This document shows, in pieces, positions 44,331-52,285 of a stretch of DNA of 64,000 bases; within the stretch, counting starts at the first letter, position 1, and each line of letters begins with the position of its first letter. The notes under the pieces were generated by a model that did no database searches, was not told the DNA's origin, and saw only the letters and a list, made by a program, of their open reading frames with translations. This stretch comes from an uncultured Acidobacteriota bacterium (GTDB taxonomy: Bacteria > Acidobacteriota > Terriglobia > UBA7540): contig CAWDSK010000006.1 in assembly GCA_963804995.1 (NCBI GenBank), positions 1,536,001 to 1,600,000 on the forward strand, read 5' to 3'. The translations under genes were made by a program, and so were the position numbers.

Positions 44331-44417
44331 TAGCTGCGGGAGGAGCCCTCGAGACGAAACTTATAAAGGCAACCTCCGGCAGGCCCCAACAGACTGTGCA
44401 AACCTTGTACCAATCGG

Positions 44418-44635
44418 TACATTATTGGTTTCTCAAAGAGCCCCTCGGGAATCACACCGCCAAGAAGCATTGTAACTCCGCAGAATCAAGGAGATAGACG
44501 TTGTTTTCCCCCCGTAGCACAGCCCTGTAAATATCCTACGTCACGACCTGGGAAGAGGCCACGGGGAACAATTTTTGTCGCTCATAGGTCAAACGAGTGT
44601 CAACGAGTTCTGGTTTCCCGGTGATTACCCAACTT
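44418..44635 (-). pseudogene. decayed copy of the 3' end of the SDR gene
   Basis: Colinear with 47658-47875 (e.g. GAACAATTTTTG, CGAGTGTC, GGTTTC.CGGTGAT). Confidence 0.7.
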
Positions 44636-44667
44636 CCTCAAACCCCCGGGTAGATAAATCCGGGTTA

Positions 44668-44899
44668 GTGTGGTGTCCCGGTTAATATTTGCCAAGGCTG
44701 TCCGACCCCCTCACCCCCCAGCCCCTCTCCCCCAAAGGGGCGAGGGGAGAGTTAATTCTCTTGCCCTCGCCCCTTTGGGGGAGAGGGTGGCTGGGCGAGG
44801 CGTTCTCATCAGCCGAGGCCAGAAGGGGGCCCCACGTTCTGCTTGTCGTGGGGGTGAGGGGGTTCTACCCATTGTCAACTCTAACTCGGGACACCACAC
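44668..44899. mobile_element. MITE-1 copy, inverted, 232 bp
   Basis: Same TIRs, TA flanks, extra internal segment. Confidence 0.9.
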
Positions 44900-46974
44900 T
44901 AGGGCCCAGCTTCGCCATAAGGAAGGCTTCTGAGCAAATCTTCGTCAGGTTTCTCAGCCTTTGGAGTTTCCGGGTCTTGCGGAAAAAGGAGTTGCACGGC
45001 TCCGGCCCCCGGGGATAGCAGCGGAGCGCCCGGAGTTGCTTGACGCGGATGATGGGCCCCGATAAGGCTCAGGATACCGGGTTGGGAGAGCGCCAGCAGG
45101 TAGCGGGGATCGCGCCATGGCCCGTTCGACCTCTCGACGGTGGAGATCAAGGCGCTCTTCAGGTGGTCCACGATGGCCTGGTTTCCCGGTTGTTCCGCAA
45201 CATCCTGTTGCTCCACGGGGTCCGTGGGCCAATGGTAAAGCTGGCTGCGCTGTTGGCCGGCGCGGTAAATCAACTGCCACTCGCGGGTGGTAACACTTAT
45301 CATGCCCTGCGGTGACGGCCCTTCCGTGGCATCGATGACCTCTGACAGCGTGGGCTCATCCGGATTGTCCACTTGGTATCCGGGGATCCAGAAGCGGCTC
45401 AAGCTTGTCCGTTCAAAGAGGGGACCGCGTAAACCTGCCATCTCCAGCACCGTCGAAAAGAGCCGCCGTGTTTGAACCACGTCGGAAACGCGCACCCCCG
45501 TGGGAACTCCCGGGCCGGCAATGATCAGCGGGACGCGCAACGCCTCGCGATGCAGGTCCCATCCGTGGCCGTAGATGCCGTGTTCGCCAAACGCCTCGCC
45601 GTGATCCGAGGTGAAGATAACGTAGGTGTTGGACCATTCCGGGGTGCCGGAAAGGAAACGCAGGAGGTCCCCCAACTGTGCGTCCATGTAATGAAGACAA
45701 TTGTCATAGCCGGAGATGAGGCCCTCCCGCTGTGCCGGGGGAATGCGCACCCGCCCGAGTTTCGCCGTTTCCACCCTGTCGCTCGCGCGCTTGTCGGATT
45801 GCCCGTAGAGCTGATTGTAGGGGGCGGGAACCTGGTAGGGCCCGTGCGCATCCATGTAGTTGACAAACAGGAAGTAGGGCCGGTTGGAGCGATGCCCCAG
45901 CCAGCCATAGACCTGCTGGTTAATATACTCGGCGCTGACCATATTAGAGCGAATAATACCGAACCACTGATTACCGTAATGTTGGACAATATCGCGCCCC
46001 AGGACGGAGGCATCCAGGTTGTAACCGAAGGTCCCCCGGCCGTCCACATAGGTCTGGAAGCCTTGCGCCAATCCCCACTCGGAGAGCCCAAAATAAGTGT
46101 TGGCGTTGAAGCCCGCAGTCTCGTACCCGCGGGATGCCAGGATTTCCGCCAGGGTTCGCGGTCCCCCTCCCAACGGTATATCCGCGCTCGCCCCATGTTG
46201 ATGGGGCAGGAGGCTGGTGAACATTGAGGCCATCGAGGGCAGCGTCCAGGACGAGGCCGAGGTGGCGTTCTCAAACAGCACACCGCGCCGGGCAAGCTGG
46301 TCTGCGTAAGGCGTGGTTTGGCGATGATAGCCGTAGGAAGACACATGGTCGGCGCGGGTCGTGTCCCACACGATCAGGATGATATTCGGACCGGGCACGG
46401 CGGTGGCGGCATCCGCTTTAGAAGTTTCCGCAGGGTGGTACAAGGTGCCCACGGCGGTCCCGGTCACCAGAATTGCCAGGACTGCGGACGCCACGCGAGC
46501 CCAGGAGCGCAAGGGAATCCGCTCGAGCGCCCCGAACTGAAACCCCTGTTTCCTGGTTGCCACGAAGGCGAGCAGAGTCCACGCCAGAAGCGCGCAAAGC
46601 TGTATTTCCGGCGTGAGGTAACGCTTCATCACAATAAACCAGGGGCTGGCTTGCTGCGAAAATTCCAGTACCGATCCCAGATAAGCCCCCGCCAAACCGA
46701 CCACCATAACGTTCAGAACCATCCCGATATAACGGTTTGGAATCCAACCGGCAAGAAAGGAGGTGAGTAAACCAAGCGTTCCGAAAGCCACCAGGGTCAG
46801 AAGAGGTGCAAGGAACCAAAAAACTGCTGTTACGTGCGGTTTCTGAAGGAATAGAGGTATGTCCGTAAGCCGCATGCAGGCAGCTTCCACGAGCCCAACC
46901 AGAAAGCCCACACTTGCCCCCAGCAGCGTAGTTCTGCACATGACCCTTCTGAAATGGGCAAGTCTGGTTACCAT
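44899..46974 (-). CDS. membrane-anchored sulfatase-fold protein, tandem paralog
   Basis: Colinear with 41937-44009; start chosen by alignment (MVTRLAHFRRVMCR vs METILARLRRVICR). Confidence 0.9.
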   Translation of the reverse strand: MVTRLAHFRRVMCRTTLLGASVGFLVGLVEAACMRLTDIPLFLQKPHVTAVFWFLAPLLTLVAFGTLGLLTSFLAGWIPNRYIGMVLNVMVVGLAGAYLGSVLEFSQQASPWFIVMKRYLTPEIQLCALLAWTLLAFVATRKQGFQFGALERIPLRSWARVASAVLAILVTGTAVGTLYHPAETSKADAATAVPGPNIILIVWDTTRADHVSSYGYHRQTTPYADQLARRGVLFENATSASSWTLPSMASMFTSLLPHQHGASADIPLGGGPRTLAEILASRGYETAGFNANTYFGLSEWGLAQGFQTYVDGRGTFGYNLDASVLGRDIVQHYGNQWFGIIRSNMVSAEYINQQVYGWLGHRSNRPYFLFVNYMDAHGPYQVPAPYNQLYGQSDKRASDRVETAKLGRVRIPPAQREGLISGYDNCLHYMDAQLGDLLRFLSGTPEWSNTYVIFTSDHGEAFGEHGIYGHGWDLHREALRVPLIIAGPGVPTGVRVSDVVQTRRLFSTVLEMAGLRGPLFERTSLSRFWIPGYQVDNPDEPTLSEVIDATEGPSPQGMISVTTREWQLIYRAGQQRSQLYHWPTDPVEQQDVAEQPGNQAIVDHLKSALISTVERSNGPWRDPRYLLALSQPGILSLIGAHHPRQATPGAPLLSPGAGAVQLLFPQDPETPKAEKPDEDLLRSLPYGEAGP

Positions 46975-47175
46975 ATTCGACGTTTGCGGGATGAGCGAAC
47001 CTTCCCTCCGAGTGATCCTAGCCACCCATCCGATTTCGGAATCTCCCTAAGCATCCCTTCTGTAAGTCCCTCAGCCCAAATCACTAGCTGCGGGAGGAGC
47101 TCTCAAGACAACACTTTTGGGCACCGTCGCCGACAGGCCCCAGCATCGCAAGCAGACCCAGTGCCAAGGGTTAAA

Positions 47176-47385
47176 TCATAAGTTTCTTAAAGAATCTCTT
47201 GAGGATCGCACCGACCGAGGGCATTATAACTCTCCAAGCGCATGGAGGATAAATTTTTTTTACCCTCAGCAAAAGCGGTAGATACCTCACGCCAAGACTT
47301 AGTTAGAAACTCCTAAGAACAATTTTTGCCGCTCTTTTATCATACGAGTGTCAATGGATCCAGGTTTCACCGTGATGACCCCAAC
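47176..47385 (-). pseudogene. second decayed copy of the SDR 3' end
   Basis: AAGTTTCTT, ATCGCACCGACC, CTAAGAACAATTTTTGCCGC, ATCCAGGTTTCAC shared with 47658-47875. Confidence 0.75.
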
Positions 47386-47402
47386 CCCTTTATCTTGTCA
47401 GC

Positions 47403-47510
47403 ACCACCCCGTCGCTCGGCGCGCCACCCCTCCTCATCTGAGGCAGGGAGCCTTAAAGCGGAACTCCCCTCCTGATTTAGGAGGGGTGGCGCGCCGAGCG
47501 ACGGGGTGGT
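47403..47510. repeat. palindrome with perfect 32-bp arms
   Basis: ACCACCCCGTCGCTCGGCGCGCCACCCCTCCT and its exact reverse complement. Confidence 0.85.
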
Positions 47511-47657
47511 TACCGGCAGCGCTCCGAGCGCCAGGGTGGTTACCGGCGGTACCCCGGGGGCCGGGGGGGTTGTGCGACCCTGCCCGGCCCTGAATCCACA
47601 AGTATTGGGCACGCCTCGGTGTCACCGCTGGTTAGCCGGCAAGTGCCATGTCAACAA

Positions 47658-48398
47658 TTACATATGAAGTTTCTTGAAGAGTCTTTCGGGAATCGCACCG
47701 ACCAGGAGCATTATCACTCCCCAAAACCAGGGAAGATAAACAGTGTTCTTTCCCCGCAGCACGGCCCCGTAGATACCCCGCGCCACGGCCTGGGGAGAGG
47801 CGACTAAGAACAATTTTTGCCGCCCATATATCATTCGAGTGTCGACGAATCCAGGTTTCACGGTGATCACTTTAACTCCGGCGTGGTAAAGCCGGTTACG
47901 CAGGCCCTGAAGATAAGTCGTCAGGCCGCCCTTGGCCGAGCCATACAGGTAATTGCTCTGGCGGCCGCGGTCGCCGGCCACGGAAGAAATTGCGCAGATA
48001 AATCCCTGGCGCTTCTGCTCAAAGTGATTGGCAAGCACGTTGAGGGCGAGGACGGAGCCGGTAAAGTTTGTGTCCAGAATTCGGCGCGCTTCGGCGAGAT
48101 TGTCTTGCGCCTGCGCCTGATCGCCCAAATAGCCGACGCACAGCACCGCTCCCCCGAGTGCACCTCCGGCTTGTGCCAGGCAGGCCTTCAGCGTAGATTC
48201 CATCCCGTCGAAGTCCAGCACATCGAAACTTTGGGCGTGGGCGCTCACCCCGTGGCGCAGGTTCAGATCCGCCGCGAGGGCTTGCAGTTCTTCAAGGTCG
48301 CGGCCGGCCAGGATAAGATCGTAGCGGTGCGAGGCGAACTCCGCCGCCAGGGCCCGGCCAATGCCCGAAGTCGCACCCAGGATCAGAACAGTAGGCAT
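47658..48398 (-). CDS. SDR oxidoreductase, DprE2-like
   Basis: GATSGIG, SSVAGDRGRQSNYLYGSAK, KPGFVDTRM; downstream of the DprE1-like gene. Confidence 0.88.
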   Translation of the reverse strand: MPTVLILGATSGIGRALAAEFASHRYDLILAGRDLEELQALAADLNLRHGVSAHAQSFDVLDFDGMESTLKACLAQAGGALGGAVLCVGYLGDQAQAQDNLAEARRILDTNFTGSVLALNVLANHFEQKRQGFICAISSVAGDRGRQSNYLYGSAKGGLTTYLQGLRNRLYHAGVKVITVKPGFVDTRMIYGRQKLFLVASPQAVARGIYGAVLRGKNTVYLPWFWGVIMLLVGAIPERLFKKLHM

Positions 48399-48410
48399 AA
48401 GAGTACCTTT

Positions 48411-48558
48411 TGGATTGCCGATTTTCGATTGTCGATTTTCGATTGTCGATTGATGTAGAGGCGGCGGCATTCATCCCGATCTGATCGGGACGCCGCCATA
48501 TGGCGAGGTAAACTCGCCGCTACGTCAATCGGAAATCGTCAATCGAAAATCGACAATC
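48411..48558. repeat. inverted 7-bp arrays (CGATTKT / AMAATCG) enclosing a family B element at 48455-48523
   Basis: About 6 units on the left and 5 on the right in opposite orientation, filling the DprE1-DprE2 intergenic region. Confidence 0.85.
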
Positions 48559-49915
48559 AAACAATCCCCACCCTCCGCGCCTGCGAGGACGACATCAGCC
48601 TTTGCGGGTCCAATTTGCGCTGCATGCTTCGAAACTCCTCGAGTTTGGGATACATGACCGCAAAATCCGCAGCGCGCACGACGGCGTCTTTTGCCAGGTA
48701 AATCCTGCCCCCGTGATCCAAAGTCATGCGGTTGAGCTCGTGCAGGAAGGGGCGAAGTCCCGAGGCCACGGGAATATCCAGGGCCAGGGTGTAACCGCGC
48801 AGTGGAAACGAAAGCAGGCCGGGGTCGCCATCGCCAAACCGTTTCAGGACCGCCAGGAACGAGGCGCGGCCGGAGCGGGCCAGCCGGTTGAGGATGGTGC
48901 GCAGGCCTTCCCTCCCACTCGCCTGGGGCAGCGCGATCTGGTACTGCACAAAGCCGCGCTTGCCGTACATCCGGTTCCACTGCAGGATCGCATCGAGGGG
49001 ATAGAAAAATTTCTCAAAGCTCACAAGCTGCTTCGCGACACTGCGGTGCAGAGCGTAGTAGGTGGCGTTAAATGCCTTCACGCTGAGGCTGTTCAAAGCC
49101 ATCGCAGGAAAATCAAAAGGAAGGTTCCAGCGGGGCCCGGCGGGGAAGGCAAGTGGAGCCCGAACGCGCTTCGGAAGCTCAGCCGCCGGGGCATGATTGC
49201 CGCGCATCAGAACGCTGCGGCCCATGGCTTGGCCAGTGGTGAGGCCGTCAATCCACGCCACGGAGTATTGGTAGCGCTCGTCAGACTCCTCCATCGTGAC
49301 CAGGGCGTCCTCGAGGTTCCGGGCCCGGTGATAGTCCACCCACACGAAGGCGGAATCAACTCGCCGCAGGTCGAGCCGGGCCGTCAGGATGGCGCCCGTC
49401 AGACCCATGCCGCCCACCGTGGCCCAGAAGATTTCGGCATGGGAGGTGGGAGAGCAGAGCAGAACTTCGCCCGTGGGAACCAGGAGTTGGAAATCCCGCA
49501 CAAAATTCGAAAAGGATCCATCCTTGTGGTGATTCTTGCCATGGATGTCGGCGGCGATGGCTCCGCCTACGGTCACGAACTTGGTCCCCGGCGTGACCGG
49601 CAGAAACCAGCCGCGCGGCAAAAAATACTGAATGATTTCCGCCAGGCTTACTCCGCTTTCACATTCAAGCACACCGGTGGAAGCGTCAAAGGCGAGAAAT
49701 CGGTTCAGTTGCCCATGCCCGATCACGCCCGTATTTTCATTGAGCGCCGCATCGCCATAACTGCGCCCCAGGCCGCGCGAAATGTAGGAGGGCTCAAGAC
49801 CTGACCCGAGCGTAGCGGCCACCTCACTGCGCTTCTCCGGCCGAAAGACGTGGCACGACTCCACCGGATATCGGCCCCAGCCGGAAAGCGCTTTGGTTTC
49901 GAATGTAGGGGACAT
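48557..49915 (-). CDS. FAD-binding oxidoreductase, DprE1-like
   Basis: RGLGRSYGD, VTPGTKFVTVGGAIAADIHGKNHH, FFYPLD..WNRMYG..GFVQYQ, GRIYLAKD. Confidence 0.93.
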   Translation of the reverse strand: MSPTFETKALSGWGRYPVESCHVFRPEKRSEVAATLGSGLEPSYISRGLGRSYGDAALNENTGVIGHGQLNRFLAFDASTGVLECESGVSLAEIIQYFLPRGWFLPVTPGTKFVTVGGAIAADIHGKNHHKDGSFSNFVRDFQLLVPTGEVLLCSPTSHAEIFWATVGGMGLTGAILTARLDLRRVDSAFVWVDYHRARNLEDALVTMEESDERYQYSVAWIDGLTTGQAMGRSVLMRGNHAPAAELPKRVRAPLAFPAGPRWNLPFDFPAMALNSLSVKAFNATYYALHRSVAKQLVSFEKFFYPLDAILQWNRMYGKRGFVQYQIALPQASGREGLRTILNRLARSGRASFLAVLKRFGDGDPGLLSFPLRGYTLALDIPVASGLRPFLHELNRMTLDHGGRIYLAKDAVVRAADFAVMYPKLEEFRSMQRKLDPQRLMSSSQARRVGIV

Positions 49916-49921
49916 GGGCAG

Positions 49922-50010
49922 TCAGCTATCAGCTTTCAGCTATCAGCTTTCAGCGGTCAGCGGTCAGCGGTCAGCTTTCAGCTCTCAGCTATCAGCTCTC
50001 AGCTCTCAGC
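49922..50010. repeat. 7-bp tandem array (TCAGCNN) x12
   Basis: Directly visible; reverse complement of the 50694-50788 array. Confidence 0.95.
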
Positions 50011-50049
50011 GTGTTACACAGAGTCTCGTGCTTTCCGAGAAGTTGAAAT

Positions 50050-50270
50050 CATAGCCCTCTCCGAGGGGAGAGGGTGGACCGCCGCCGGCGTTCTCATCAG
50101 CCGGGGCGGGACGGGTGAGGGGTTACTTCACCACCCGATGCGCGGACCCGCACCCAAACAAGAACCATAGCCCTCTCCGAGGGGAGAGGGTGGACCGCCG
50201 CCGGCGTTTTCATCAGCCGGGGCGGGACGGGTGAGGGGTTACTTCACCACCCGATGAACGGACCCGCACC
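50050..50270. repeat. two direct ~105-bp copies of palindrome family C
   Basis: 50050-50154 and 50166-50270 are nearly identical. Confidence 0.9.
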
Positions 50271-50668
50271 TATCCCTCAGCTCTCAGCGGTCGCGCGCCG
50301 GCTTTCACTTTTCCCAGGAGGGTGGCGAGCATGCGCTTCACTTCGACAACGTCCTCTGTAAGTTGATGGAACACCTCATCATTAAGATAGCGCAGGTCAT
50401 GTGACAGGAGCAGATGGTATTCCAATTCGCTCGCTGAACCCATCGCCATCTGAAGGAATCGACCGAACTCCGGGTCGCCACCTCTGCCACAGCCTTCCGA
50501 AATGTTCGCAGGCACGGAACCAGCCGCGCGGCGCAACTGGCTCGTCAGGGTAAAGAGCTCCTCCTTTGGGAATTTCCGTGTCTCCTTGTATACGGCCAAG
50601 ACCAAGGCGTGACTCTTCTCCCAGACCTTGAGGTTCTTGAAATCCTGTATCGCGATCCCCCAATGCAT
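50270..50668 (-). CDS. four helix bundle protein (23S rRNA IVS protein / Avd-like family)
   Basis: FKNLKVWEKS, FPKEELFTLTSQLRRAAGSVPANISEGCGR, AMGSASELEYHL. Confidence 0.95.
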   Translation of the reverse strand: MHWGIAIQDFKNLKVWEKSHALVLAVYKETRKFPKEELFTLTSQLRRAAGSVPANISEGCGRGGDPEFGRFLQMAMGSASELEYHLLLSHDLRYLNDEVFHQLTEDVVEVKRMLATLLGKVKAGARPLRAEG

Positions 50669-50693
50669 TGACCTCGAACGGACAATGTAACCA

Positions 50694-50788
50694 AGCTGAA
50701 AGCTGAGAGCTTATAGCTGAAAGCTGAAAGCTGATAGCTGAAAGCTGATAGCTGATAGCTGATAGCTGAAAGCTGATAGCTGATAGCT
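50694..50788. repeat. 7-bp tandem array (AGCTGAW) x13
   Basis: Directly visible; overlaps the UbiA-family stop codon. Confidence 0.95.
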
Positions 50789-51731
50789 AAAGATAAATGA
50801 TCAAAATCACCGATGCCGCCCATATCAGCACGACGGAAAGCAATACTGGGTCTGTAAATAGAGCCCGCGTGGGATTTCCGCCCTCCTCCTGGTTGTGAAC
50901 AAGATGGAGATAGCGGAAGATCCCAAACAGCACAAAGGGGATGGTGATTTCCAGGCGCTTACCCGGAAACTTGGCTTGCACGTCGGGCGACAGCGTGTAG
51001 AGCGCATACGATACGACCGTTGAGGCCGTGACAATGCCAATCAACTGATCCAGGAAGTAGGGGGTATAGGTCGCCAGAATGGCACGATGGTCGGAGGCAC
51101 GATCGCCCAGTAACACCAGTTCATGCCGGCGTTTGCTGAGGGCAATGAACAGCGCCAGCAGAGTCGTGCACACAATCAACCAGGGAGAGATGGCCACGCG
51201 AATAACCAGGCCCCCGGCAATCACTCGAAACAAAAAGCCGGCCGCCACGATGAACACATCCAGAAGCGCAATTCTCTTGAGGAAAGTGGAATAGAGGGCA
51301 TTGATGGCGAGGTAAGCCACCGCCACGGCGAAGAAGCTGTGATTCAGCCGCCAGGCCTCGGCCAGACCGCCGGCTGCCAGTAAGACTCCCACCACGCCTG
51401 CCGTTCTGGCGCTGATGCGGCCTGAGGCAATGGGCCGGAGCTTCTTTGTAGGATGGTGACGGTCCTCGGGGGCGTCGAGAATGTCGTTCAGAACGTAGGC
51501 GGCGCTCGAGATCGCGCAGAAAACCAGCGCGGCCAGCATCACCTGCCGGCAGCGGTCCCAACGCGTAAGGCTTTGCGAAAAAATAAGGGCGGCAAAGATG
51601 AATCCGTTTTTGACCCACTGCTGCGGGCGCAAGGTTTCGATCAGCGCCTTAAGCGTGGCATTCTGGCTGCGGGCCACGGTCTCGGCAGGCAGCGAAGTTG
51701 TGGGTGAATCCATCCAGACTCCCCAAGTCAC
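50787..51731 (-). CDS. UbiA-family decaprenyl-phosphate phosphoribosyltransferase
   Basis: RPQQWVKN, NDILDAPEDRHHPTKKLRPIASG, KRRHEL, GIFRY. Confidence 0.93.
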   Translation of the reverse strand: MTWGVWMDSPTTSLPAETVARSQNATLKALIETLRPQQWVKNGFIFAALIFSQSLTRWDRCRQVMLAALVFCAISSAAYVLNDILDAPEDRHHPTKKLRPIASGRISARTAGVVGVLLAAGGLAEAWRLNHSFFAVAVAYLAINALYSTFLKRIALLDVFIVAAGFLFRVIAGGLVIRVAISPWLIVCTTLLALFIALSKRRHELVLLGDRASDHRAILATYTPYFLDQLIGIVTASTVVSYALYTLSPDVQAKFPGKRLEITIPFVLFGIFRYLHLVHNQEEGGNPTRALFTDPVLLSVVLIWAASVILIIYL

Positions 51732-51829
51732 AACTTAGATTGAAGTACAAGCCGGAGCGTCCTCGCGGCCCATGCAAATTCAGGTTAGCTGAACGATGCG
51801 GGATATTCAACGCGAATCGGTTCGCAGAT

Positions 51830-52269
51830 GGATTTCACCACAGAGTTTACGGAGCAATCGTAGCGCGGTCCTCCGCCGTTGAGGTCCGCGGCTCTTGATG
51901 CGCATGAACCCCAAATCTCCACGCCCGCAACCGTAGCGCGGTCCTCCGCCGTTGGGGTCCGCGGTTCTTCCTTTGGCGAGATTTGGGGTGAGACCCGCAA
52001 GCGGGAAATCTGCAAATCCGGCTCAACGAGGGGGAAGGAAATCGGGCCCGGCATCCGGGTCCGCTGCGACTAAAATTTCATAGTCCCACGATTTTTTGTC
52101 AATGTGGGACATGTCCCACTTGTTGCTCTCCGCGGGGCATAGCGAGCGAGGTCCCACTTATTTCCCCAACTCCCTACGTTTTTCACCATGCCTTTTCGTC
52201 AACGGCTCCACCGCGCTGCTACCTGCTTCTCTCAGTGGTCTCTGTGCGCTCTGTGGTGAAGCTCTTCTT
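51830..52269. repeat. family D element containing two nested family A REP half-sites (51860, 51933)
   Basis: Ends shared with 22562-22764; GTAGCGCGGTCCTCCGCCGTTGRGGTCCGCGG occurs twice inside. Confidence 0.75.
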
Positions 52270-52285
52270 GGTTAGCCCAGGACGA

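Noticed and set aside
41582..44933. Short ORFs with PSPLWGRG or PLPQRGEG peptides
   Set aside because: They are translations of MITE and family C repeats, not genes
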